In this document: positions 34,301-44,926 of the stretch, one piece after another
How positions within the stretch are numbered: position 1 is the first letter of the stretch
Layout: the number at the start of each line of letters is the position of its first letter
From: Salisapilia sapeloensis CBS 127946
Taxonomy: Eukaryota; Protista; Oomycota
Assembly (NCBI GenBank): GCA_023334545.1
Contig: JAADVB010000128.1
Coordinates: 1-51,424, forward strand
Reading direction: 5' to 3'
DNA length: 51,424 nt
Translations under genes and position numbers: made by a program
The notes under the pieces: model-generated
Database searches by the model: none
What the model was told of the DNA's origin: nothing
The model's input: only the letters and a program-made list of their open reading frames with translations

Positions 34301-37285
34301 AAAGGATCCTTTGGGTTCCCACAAAAGTACTGGGATAGAGGTCTAGTGTCCACCACCACACTGTCTTGTACGATCCAGAGACAAGGGGCACGAATCGAAA
34401 AGCCAGTGACGACGGTGGAAGAGACGGATGACCTGGAGTTTGTTGTGGAGAAGGTAACGTCAGCGAAGACGCATGCCAAGTTCTTGAATGGCGTGTATCA
34501 CCTGCTGCAGCTTTGTGGCCACCCACTCGTACAGCAGCAGATGAGAGATAGATGGAAGCTGGTATTCCAAAATTATTTAACCACCCCTCCGAAGAGTGTG
34601 CGAGACGAAATGGTCGTCAGCTGTGTCGTATGTGTCGTGCACTCGGTTCTCGACGGCATGGACCGAGAGCAGCAATTCCAAGTCTTTGTCGTTGTCAAAA
34701 AGAACTTGCTCCCGTTGCTGACTAGAGCCGAGAGCACGCTGCTGTCTCTTCAGATCATCCGTCTGCTGCTGTCGCTTGCAGGGGACACGCACGTGTCAGA
34801 TCTCTTTCTCTCCCTTGCAGTGGACACGGATCTCCTTTCTATCATCGCGACGCAGTACACGTCCGTCTATTCTAGTCAGAGCGTCTTGCATGCCTCTGCT
34901 CTGGAGCTGGTGCTTGCTTTCCTTATCAAAGCCCAAGCAGAGAAGAGTCGAGAGGACCCGACGGTCTTCTTGGACCTCATTCTGAACCGACTGCAGCCGA
35001 TGCTGGCGCCTATGATCGCAGTCGTCACCAGCTACCGCCTCCCGACGTCTTTTGACGGGTACCAAGTGTACAGTCTTGCTGTCCAGTGTCTAGTCGCACT
35101 GTATCAGACGTTCGGGACGGATGCATTAACGCGGCGAGGTGTCATGGCCGAGGATGGTGGGTCCTGGATGTCTCGACTGCTCTATGACCACACGTCGCAT
35201 ATGCGGTACCTTGGTTTCCGTATGTTGTCCATGCAGGAGGAAACGGACGGCAGCTGTCTCCAACTTGCGCTAGACACTGCTCTGGATGCCTCCGAGGCGG
35301 ATATGGTGCGGAGCGAGGCAGTTCACGTCGTCTCGAATGCCGTGATGCGAGATACGAGCAGTGTTGATGGCATGGGAAGTGAATTTGTACTCAGTACGAT
35401 GAACAGGGTAAAGGAGCTGTCGTATGACCTTCCATTCACAACGATGGCATTCGTACGACTCTTGCGTGTGCTGTGGGTGCATCGGAAGGACGGACAAACG
35501 TACGGCGACATGGAGACTTCGATGGACGTCCATTGGATGAACTGGTTGGTCCAGAGTCTGTCGCTCAGAGAAGAACGAAGTAGTGTTAAGCTTGATGTAT
35601 GGATAGCTAAAGTCCTGCCTGCAGTCTTGCAGCGCATGGACGACTGTCTGTTTCTTATTCAGTCGCTTTTCCGAACGGATGCAGGAGAAGAGAACTTTAG
35701 TCGATTAGCACAGGACACTCCTCTTGTGTATCAGTTGGTAGAGCTCATGAACGACCTGAACGTGTACTTGGGAGAACTAGATCCAGTCACGTCGGACGCC
35801 AAGGAACTAGCGTACAAGCTGCTGACGTCGTGCAGTTCGACGCTGTCATCTCTTGTTCTGTCTCCTGTCGTCATGCAAGCAGTTGATGTTCATGCGCTTT
35901 CCTCCAGCTTGATGAAAGTGCTTACGGCTTTATTACAACCTCACCACCCACTCTCTTTTCGTGTGTCTTTATCTCCAGTCATCATCGCAGCTAGTGCTAC
36001 TTGTGTGGACGAATCGCAGGAGGACTTGAGACAGCTAGGTATGCACCTGTTCGACGTATTTAAGGAGACGTGTACTCCAGATCATGATGGAAAAGGGGAT
36101 GTACCAGCACAAGAGCTACTTGTCATGGCGTTTGCGTTGGGTAGTGTTTTGGAGAAGAGTGAGTCGATTAGAAGACTTGTGGTGCTCCAAGACGGTGTAA
36201 AGCACAGCGTACAGTCTCTGAAAGAATTGTGTACTCATATTCGAGCGACTAGTACGAATGCTAAGGTGATGACACACGTTTCCATCCAGTTGCATATCCT
36301 TGGCTGTCTTGTCGGTGGAGACTTTGAAGCCCAGCAGTCTGCTCACCAGGAGAAACTTCTACCGGCTCTGCTAGAGAACTGGGACCTCCTACAGGCGGAT
36401 AAAGCTACCTTTTCTGATACGATGCAACTCTTGACCAACTTTGTGCATGGGAACAAGGAGGTGAAAAGAGTATGTATGAAGGCGTACAAGTCGAACATTC
36501 TTCTTTCAAAAGCGTTTGAGCTCGTACTTCCCCTACAGTCTCGAAAGATCGGACGCATGCGAATGCTGGAAGAGCCACCAGTAGTAGACGCTAGTACGAG
36601 CGACCTCGTGAGTACGTTTTTGAAAAGCATCTTGCTACATAACGAATGTCTCCAGTGGAGTGTCAAGTCCGGGTACATCGATCGGCTCGTGGATGACATC
36701 GAGCATCGTCTTTCGGTGCTGAGAAAGACGGAGAAAAGGGAGACAAGCCACGTCCATCACTTGGCGAATCTGCTACACATGGTAGCCAATGTGGCGTGCC
36801 TAGAAGAAGGTGCGCAAGTTCTTTGCAATCGGTCCTCTGGTCTCTACCATATCTTCTCCGATGTACTGTCTTCGACCGACGATGAGGTGGCACTGGTCGG
36901 TGCTCTCTTCATCCGCAACTTAAGCTGCTCCAAGTGTGCTAAGACACACTTTAGCTTATGGGAAAAATCCATGGCTCTCTTACTCGAGAGCTTAGAGAAG
37001 CATATAGAGCATACGGTTGGAAGGTTTCTGGCGTATGGACTGTGGGGACTTGTGTCGGATCACCAATCGGCTCGAAGTCTGTTGCTTCGAGGAGATACGA
37101 AACAGTTGATAGGGCGTTTGCTGTCATCCAGGACGAGAGGTGTGTTGCGTATAATTATATTTCGAATATCGAACGAGTTCACTGACGCTATTCCTGCAGA
37201 TGTAAAGAGCGAAGGAGCGGAGGAATTAGGCTTGAGTCTAACTGGAATTTTACGTTGGCTAGACGGAGACCAAAGGGATGAGTAG
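31351..37285 (+). CDS. RTTN: Rotatin-like ARM-repeat centriole/basal-body protein (intron 31705-31762; probable 60-nt intron 37140-37199)
   Basis: N-terminal RKLKHDIVDIRARALKSMALK and RDFPSEVFLQRPEV match the rotatin N-terminal motifs. The intron cag|gtgatt...gtgcag| joins the ORFs in frame. About 1900 aa, helical. Confidence 0.85.
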
Positions 37286-37521
37286 AGAGTACATCGTGGT
37301 GAAGTCGCAAATTTAAAGACAAAGTTCAGGCAAGAGTGCGTAGTGGAAGCATTTAACAAGTGGATTTTTGACAAAGACAGACAAGTACCCTTTCCTTCCA
37401 TCGATCATACGACCACGCGATGCAAGTTTCGAACAAGTCAAGTCTGGATGGAATGAATTGTCTCCGTACTACCTACACATTCGCATTTACACACTAACGT
37501 TTATTACGTTAAGCAAGAGCG

Positions 37522-39771
37522 ATGGGGCTCTACTCGACCAAAGAGGAAGAGGAAACCCTCCTTCGCTTCCTACGTTACCACACGTGGGAAGTTAGTGTTG
37601 GGTACATTGTCATGCTCTTCTTTTGCGTCATGCTATTGCAATACACATCCATCGTGAACGCCCAGCTTCGCTCTGGAGATACTTCTCTCCAGCAGAAAGC
37701 TATCCTTCCGACGTTCCGATCGATGCTTAAAGCACTTGCCATCTCATCTGGCATTATCATGTGTATCAATTCAGCTTTTATCTATACGGTGGATGTGGGC
37801 CATTCACACCTCCATGCGTATATCGACATGCTCTTGAGCGGTCAGCACTTCACACTCGTACTCGCACCCATATTCATGTACCAAAAGAGTTTGTCGGATG
37901 CAGCTCTCTTTCGGTCCATAGGGATTACTATAGTCTTTACGATGGCAGGAATACCGTTGGCCTGGATCCATGGCGTCCCGGACTACACGTTCTTGTACGC
38001 AAATTGGGTCATAACCACCGTCTTCTTTATTTACTTAGCGATTCGGCCGCCCGCAAGAGCTTTTAAAAAAGTAATTCGACGCTACTCGATCTTTGCCTTC
38101 GTCCAACTCTTTTTCAACCTCGCACATTTGGAACTTGTACGGTCGAAGCACTTGGATATCGCGAGTCCAGTCGCTTCCATCACTTCGCTCTGGATGACCC
38201 TCACGCCGTATATGGTCTGGAAGATTATCAAGTCTGACACGAAGTACTGGCGTGGCAAAGGCAAGAGCAGTGTCGGACTCCAACAGCTCTTTTCAGAGCG
38301 TATCAAGTTGCCTGAACGAGTATCCGCTGCTGGTTTCCACATGCTCATTGAAATGCATCGAAGCCACGTCCTCGATTTCTCCTGTCTTGGGATGAAACAG
38401 CAGATTGGTACAGGCGAGAATTCAACTGTCTTTAGCGGCGTGATGCGAGGCAAGACGCCTGTTGCATGCCGTGTCTACCTTCCATCGGACCTCTCGGATA
38501 CTGTGATTGCACAGTACTCGCAAGAGGCAGCTCTGTGTGGTAACCTCACGCACCCGAACATTGTTCGTTTTCATGGACTTGCAGTCTGTCCTCCATCAAT
38601 TATTATGGTCTTTGAACTATGTAGAGGAACACTGAGGGACATTGTACAACGAAGCGACTCGGAGTATGCATGCAAGAACCTTGTGACAATCACACAGATG
38701 CTGGATGCAGCGCGAGCTATAGCCTTCCTCCACAGTTTTAAGCCTCCCTTTATTCATGACGAATTGGATCTTTCCAGTTTCCTTGTCGATACTGACGGTG
38801 TTGTAAAGCTCAATGGATTTGGGGATAGTCGACTACGAAGTCAGTTCCATCCGGAGAAGGAAAAGAACCGACTAAAATGTTCGTGGCGACGGCGTGCTGG
38901 TCTGGAAATTGACTCGGAAGGAATGCTTTTATCCACTCATAAACACTCTAACTCCGCGGACACGAATGACAAGGCAGTTGAGACTTTAAACGCTGAACGT
39001 GCGGACGTATACGCCTTGAGCATGGCATTTTGGGAAATTATTCATCCTCACGTTGAGATGCCTCGAGGTGGAGACGAGCTGTTTAATGATCCAGAGTGGC
39101 GGCCTGGCTTTTCTTCTCTCGTACCGGTCGAGCTACAAGAACTTGTGAGGTGCATGTGGGATTCAAACATTCAGATGAGACCGAGTGCGCATGACGTTGT
39201 CAAGCAACTCGAAGATTTACAGGAAGTCGCCCTGGAGGATAACGTCGAGTCCGTTGCGTCCACCGTCAGCAATTGCCAAATAAGTGAGCAAGCGTTGACA
39301 GCAAGGGAACGATTCACTGGCTCGGATGCTGTCCGCAGCTTGGTAATGACGAACGAAGTAATGTTTCGATGGGAAGGCGTTCGCTTGTGCAATGCCTGGA
39401 TGGAGGCTGGATTCCTCCATGAAGAAAGGCATTTGAAGAGGTTTCAAAACAAGCCCGACTTGAGATACTACTTTAGTGCACAGGCAAGAATGGAAACCTC
39501 CATCTCTATCGAGGATGACTCGACGATTATGGTGAATACACCAGAGTGCAATAGTGGCAGTAAGTCGAAGGCGTTGTATCGAAAAGAGACGGCGTGTTCA
39601 TGTCAGTTGCACGCAAGAAGGCTAGCCTTGCCAAGAAGAAACTGGATGAATGCGTTTGGTGTATATGAACAGGAAATGTTGTCCAACACGGAGAATACAG
39701 TAAGCAGTTCCTTGGAAAACATGCTGACCTCGGCGCTTGTTGACGAAAGATCGACTACAAGTCCAGAGTAG
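37522..39771 (+). CDS. Multi-pass membrane (7TM-like) + TKL-like pseudokinase + DEP domain receptor (GPCR-TKL type)
   Basis: About seven hydrophobic segments in aa 20-240, ending in DTKYWRG. Kinase fold (IGTGENS, HPNIVRFHGL, ADVYALSMAFWEI). DEP-like segment FTGSDAVRSLV...GVRLCNAWMEAGFLH...YYF. Confidence 0.82.
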   Translation: MGLYSTKEEEETLLRFLRYHTWEVSVGYIVMLFFCVMLLQYTSIVNAQLRSGDTSLQQKAILPTFRSMLKALAISSGIIMCINSAFIYTVDVGHSHLHAYIDMLLSGQHFTLVLAPIFMYQKSLSDAALFRSIGITIVFTMAGIPLAWIHGVPDYTFLYANWVITTVFFIYLAIRPPARAFKKVIRRYSIFAFVQLFFNLAHLELVRSKHLDIASPVASITSLWMTLTPYMVWKIIKSDTKYWRGKGKSSVGLQQLFSERIKLPERVSAAGFHMLIEMHRSHVLDFSCLGMKQQIGTGENSTVFSGVMRGKTPVACRVYLPSDLSDTVIAQYSQEAALCGNLTHPNIVRFHGLAVCPPSIIMVFELCRGTLRDIVQRSDSEYACKNLVTITQMLDAARAIAFLHSFKPPFIHDELDLSSFLVDTDGVVKLNGFGDSRLRSQFHPEKEKNRLKCSWRRRAGLEIDSEGMLLSTHKHSNSADTNDKAVETLNAERADVYALSMAFWEIIHPHVEMPRGGDELFNDPEWRPGFSSLVPVELQELVRCMWDSNIQMRPSAHDVVKQLEDLQEVALEDNVESVASTVSNCQISEQALTARERFTGSDAVRSLVMTNEVMFRWEGVRLCNAWMEAGFLHEERHLKRFQNKPDLRYYFSAQARMETSISIEDDSTIMVNTPECNSGSKSKALYRKETACSCQLHARRLALPRRNWMNAFGVYEQEMLSNTENTVSSSLENMLTSALVDERSTTSPE

Positions 39772-40922
39772 TGAATGCTGGAGTTAGCTCATATAGGTAA
39801 GTAATTAAAAGAGCAGTGCCCATACAGCAGCAGAAGCAGGATTGGGATTTAATGGAAAAGCTCGTAATACAAATGAAGCCGCCAATCAAGATTTTATCAA
39901 CGCGATTTATGTAGCATTGTGTTCGATTATTCGATGCGAGAATTCGGCATTGGCGTCACATAAGTAGATGGCGAATGAATAGATTCCTGAGTAGATGAGT
40001 TGAAGACATATTTCATCAGTAGCGCAGTCTTTCGAATTAAGCTTTGCTTTAAAACACTAAAGCCAAGGTAAATTCGAATGAAGCCCATACGACAGGGTCT
40101 GCAGAAGAACTATTAGCATTCCAGTCATTCTGTGGATAGCCAGCTTAAACAAAACTATAGCATCGCATGAATTAATATTGCGCTCATGTATGCTTGCACG
40201 CGTGTGCTTTGTTATATGGAGCATGTCCGAAAAGTTGGTGCATCATAATAGAGCGTACTGATTGCGTCTTGATATTCCAAACCTCTTTCCAAAAACTTCG
40301 CTGAATGTAGAGCTCTTAAGCGCGGTAGGAGGTAAGATGCAAGTCCCATGAATCCAATTTAAAAGCACGCAAAATTTGCCGGTGGACAGCTTCATGAGGA
40401 TTTCAGTCAGTATACATTGACTAAAGGTTTCCGTTAGAGCGTATGTTGTGTACTCCAGGCTGATTAGATGTGGATGAAATGTTCGAACGCCTCGATCTTT
40501 GGAGTCCGAGAGTACTTGAAGCGAATAATGAATTCGATATAGAATCGTGGACTCTCCTGAACTATTGTCATATAGACTAGGTACATGAAAGAAAATAATT
40601 TCGCAGAAATCCATTTATTCCAGTTTCTTTCTACTTTTGCTTTCGTGTACTTGCAACCTTTTGGCTTTGCCATATTGAGCGGATCAGCTATATCTTTGCG
40701 TGCAATGGCTGGATAACGGCAGACATGCTATCGTAGCTAGATTACAAGATGCCCTGTGAAAGCACTGGTAGAAGCTATACCTCTTGCTTTTTAAATGTAC
40801 ACACCGATAAAACGCTTTCCAAGTGTCCGGTAACCTCGATCGGAGTTAAAATTGCATCTGGAAACTTGTGTTCCACAGATGTACCATCGAATATCAATAT
40901 CGCTTCGATAGACTGGAAACCA

Positions 40923-42635
40923 ATGCTGGGTCGATGGAGCAGACGACAGGCATCTCGTGCTTTGCTGAATGGAAACACAACAAGATTGCTGAGAACAGGA
41001 AAAGGACGCAACCGCCGGCCTGTTGAAGAAGCCTTTGACGCTGCACCTGAGGCGCCAAAACCAAAGCCAAAGCCTTCGAAGCCACAGCGGGCAGTGACGG
41101 TGCCGCCATTTATCCGAGCACGAACGCTGGCCAAGGCACTTGGTGTCTCTGTCGATAGAGTATTTGATAAAGTGGTTTATCGTCGAGACAGGAAGCTGCA
41201 CATGGTCATTGGCAGTGAGCGATGGCAGTTTGACAATGTAAAGAATGTCATTTTCCCATTCGACATCGCAGATGCCATCGTCGACCGTCTTGGAGCTCGC
41301 ACCGACTACGACGAAGTGGAACCAACCTTTAGTAGTCTAGCGGAAAATCATGAAACCGGATGGGTGACTCGAGATCCTGTGATAGCAGTTCTTGGACATG
41401 AAGACCATGGTAAAACGACATTGCTTGATGCATTGCGAGGCACCAACGTCCGGAAGAGAGAGGCGAATGGGATCACCCAAACCATCCACGTGTGTGAGAC
41501 TTCGCTGGATGAAGGTCGCTCGGCCACGTTTCTCGATACGCCCGGCCAGTTCCATTTCTTCCGCATGCGAAGCAGCGCTGCTCAACTAGCAGATGTAGTG
41601 GTGCTTGTCGTGGCAGCAGATGAGGGTTGCTGTCTTCAGACGGAGGAAGCGATCGGAGCTGCTGAAGAAGCCGAGCTTCCTGTGGTCGTCGCCATCAACA
41701 AGGTAGACTTGGTGTCGGACGAAAGCGTCATGGAGTCGTTAAAGCAAGAGCTTCGCGAGTATGTGGCGCTCGAGGATAGTCCAATGGTCGAGATCAGTGC
41801 AAAGGACGGTAAAGACCTGGATAAGCTGATGACGGCGATCAAAGAGGCGTCAGACCAAAGCTCTGTGCAGAATCGGCTGAGAGCTAGAGGAGACTCAAAA
41901 GCGGAGGGTGTGGTGCTGGAGAGTCGGAAGCAGCCTGGAAAAGGCCACGCTCTTAAAGTCCTGGTCAAGCATGGCGTATTGAAAGAAAAGAACCACTTTG
42001 CAGCTGGCATGATTCATGGCGTCGTCCGCAGTTTGTGGGATGCACAAGGGGAACGAGTAAAGGAAGGAGTAGCCGGAAAGGTTGTAGAAGTCGTATATGC
42101 GAACAAAAGTAAAAACAAGGACGCGCCGATCGAAGCAGGTTTCTTTGCCTTAGAGGAAAAGAGAGCGATGCAGGTGGTAGAACAGAGAGAGCTGCAGAAG
42201 GAGCTGGAAGAAAGCGTTGTGTCAACTGGAAATGCGAATGACGTAGAAGAGGAAGCACAGGAGGAAGTACAGGAAGGGATGCAAGAGGGGGTGCAGGAGG
42301 ATTTAGAGGTAGTGGAAGAGCTGGATGTGAACGACATGAAGGTGGTGCTCGTGAAGGCAGACGGAGGCATTTCTCTCGCGAGCATCCAGGACACTGTAGA
42401 TGAGATGCCGAGTATCTTGACCGCCAAGATCGGCATTGGCAACGTGTCTGTAAATGACATCGACACAGCTTTTGAGCACAAATGCCCTATCTACGCTTTT
42501 AACGTGAAGCTGCTGAAGAGAGAAGCTAAGTATGCAGCGTCTAGAGGTGTTCAGGTACACATTTATTCCCAGGTGCATGAGCTACTGGACGACGTTGAAC
42601 GTTTACAGGGAGATAATCAGTCGGAATCGAAGTAG
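40923..42635 (+). CDS. Translation initiation factor IF-2-like GTPase, probably mitochondrial, lacking the C-terminal domain IV
   Basis: IF2-N-like segment (IRARTLAKALGVS). G1 GHEDHGKTT, G2 GITQ, G3 DTPG, G4 NKVD, then domains II and III. The Arg-rich presequence-like start is at ATG 40923. The in-frame ATG at 40749 is probably UTR. Confidence 0.85.
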   Translation: MLGRWSRRQASRALLNGNTTRLLRTGKGRNRRPVEEAFDAAPEAPKPKPKPSKPQRAVTVPPFIRARTLAKALGVSVDRVFDKVVYRRDRKLHMVIGSERWQFDNVKNVIFPFDIADAIVDRLGARTDYDEVEPTFSSLAENHETGWVTRDPVIAVLGHEDHGKTTLLDALRGTNVRKREANGITQTIHVCETSLDEGRSATFLDTPGQFHFFRMRSSAAQLADVVVLVVAADEGCCLQTEEAIGAAEEAELPVVVAINKVDLVSDESVMESLKQELREYVALEDSPMVEISAKDGKDLDKLMTAIKEASDQSSVQNRLRARGDSKAEGVVLESRKQPGKGHALKVLVKHGVLKEKNHFAAGMIHGVVRSLWDAQGERVKEGVAGKVVEVVYANKSKNKDAPIEAGFFALEEKRAMQVVEQRELQKELEESVVSTGNANDVEEEAQEEVQEGMQEGVQEDLEVVEELDVNDMKVVLVKADGGISLASIQDTVDEMPSILTAKIGIGNVSVNDIDTAFEHKCPIYAFNVKLLKREAKYAASRGVQVHIYSQVHELLDDVERLQGDNQSESK

Positions 42636-42706
42636 TTTTGAATCACAAAATGTGAACTGTGCTATTTTTATCTTTTCGACGCCGATTCTTTCTCGTTTTG
42701 ACTCGA

Positions 42707-44926
42707 ATGGAAACGATACTGCTGGAGGCCAAGTTGAGCAGAGGCAGGGAACAAAAGAACCAGCGTCCGCAGTCGCGTGGGAAGCCAAAGTATGAGGAGA
42801 GTTTTGGTGGTATCGGCACGATTCAGTTGGTCGAGATACGTCCTGCTACGATTTCATCACGCTCCATGTTCGCTCTTAAGTTCATCCATGTAAAAGTGTC
42901 GAATGAACGGCATCTTCCGCTGAATGTGCTGCTGCTCCGTGATAAGTTTAGAGGGTCCAGCGCGAACGAGAAAGAATTGAAGTCTTTAGATGCTGTCGGC
43001 GAAGTCGTACAGCTAGATGACGGCCCGGATGGATGCTGGAAAGGGCACGATATACTACCAGACGTCTTTGTCCAAGAGCTAACGGTATCTGACCCACTAG
43101 CGTACGCATCTATTGCGATTTGCAAGCTTTCAGTCGCACGTCCGCCAACGCCTCTTCCTCTTATCTACGCTTTTGGAGACTTTGAAGCGTACCAACCACC
43201 ACCAAAATCATTCGATCAGATACAGCAAGAGCTAGAGGAGCTGTCTAAGTCAACACTACACCTGCTCATTAACAGTGATCCAAAGACTTTGTCAGATGAA
43301 GACGAGTTGAATCTTCCTAAGCTACAGCGTCAGGCAAGACACTTCTTTCGACTCTTCGATGAAGACAAGTCGGACTCGATCGACTTTGACGGTGAGTTTG
43401 GATTTCAATTGTTGTTACCTTTACGTCTGATAACCTCATTATAGAATTCAAAAAGATGCTTACCTACCAAAAGCTAAATATATTGGATTCAAAGGCTTTA
43501 CGATTCTTTCAGTTGGTTGACGATCACAACAAGTACGTACATATGTCTACTTGTCAATGAATTGTGTCTAAGCAAATTGAAGTGTAGAGGGTACATTGAC
43601 GAACGGGAGTTTGTCATTGCTCTGTATATAGCTCATTATCTGCGTCGAGAAGCGAGGAAAAGTGAAAGGTTACCTGGAACTCCTGCTGTTTCTCCAATAG
43701 ACGTGTTTCACCAATTGGATGGGGACCATGACAACCTGCTCAATTATTTTGAATACCAGAAAGCAATGCAGATTCTTAGCACGAACTATCCGCAGCCATG
43801 GTCAGAACGAGAACTACGCAAATGTTTTCCAGTTCATTCGTTTACGATTGGAAGAGAGGCTTTTCAGCAGGCATGGGCGCAACTTGTGGACGCCCGTCGA
43901 GAGCTAACTCTAAGAGGCATTGATTACAAAAGTCGACTGCGGAGCATGCGCTCAAGTAAAATCCCTCTGAAGCTGTGGAAAGAAAAGGGTATGAATATAT
44001 TAGAAAGATTGCTTTTGGACGTCGTGGACGAGGAACAAAGAGTCGAAATGGAGTTGGCTCAGCGAGCAAAGGATGAAGTCGTGCAGCTGGAAAAGACCAG
44101 AAGAGAGGGTGCTCAGGAGGAGAATCGAGAGAAACTTAAATTGCAGCGGCAAAAAGATATCACCATGCGAACGGCGGTGGCCGTCCGAGAGAGGAAGGAG
44201 AAGATTGATAGGAAGAAGGAAAGACAGCTTCAGGCTCGACAGGCGAGAGAAGAACGAACTCTACAGAAGGCAATTGAAGAAGAAACCTGGATGAGAGGTC
44301 AATATGAGAAGGAGGTCGCAAAAGGTTTCGCAGAGCTACAAGCTAAGCGATTAAAGGTAGAGCGGGCAACAAATGGACGGGATACATTAAATCTATCTTT
44401 GCAGGGATTGACAAAATTACCTGGAAGGATTTATTTGGGGGAAGAAGCTACTATGGACTTGTCTTATCTACTCTATGTAAACATATCCGGTAACCGACTG
44501 CGAAGACTACCCGGCATCTTTTTTCAGCATCTTTTGAATGTTCAGTGGTTTGATGCAAGCTCAAATTGCCTGGAAGAGCTTCCAGACGAAATTGATAAGA
44601 TGAAAAGCTTAGAAGTTCTAAATCTCCATAACAACAAGCTGGCTACTGTACCAAAGCAAATGTATGGTCTGCCAAAACTTAAAAGGCTTGCAATTAGCTT
44701 TAACTTCCTCACAGAATTTGGTGAAGGCTGCGAAAATTTGCAAATGTTAGAAGAGTTGGATCTAGCGAATAATCGTCTACAGAGATTGTCGAGTGGTCTG
44801 GGGGAACTACGACACTTACAGTATTTGCGAATTGCCAATAATCCGAATCTGGATCGCCTTCCGGATACTTTTATCCAGCTTGAGCAAATTGCCAACGTGG
44901 ACTTTGGATCAAACGCTCTGCGATGA
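42707..44926 (+). CDS. EF-hand + coiled-coil + leucine-rich-repeat protein (introns near 43393-43445 and 43533-43587)
   Basis: EF-hands DEDKSDSIDFD|EF, DDHNK|GYIDEREF and DGDHDNLLNYFEY. A long E/R/K coiled coil follows, then about 9 LRRs (e.g. LEVLNLHNNKLATVP) with no introns in the LRR block. Confidence 0.8.
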
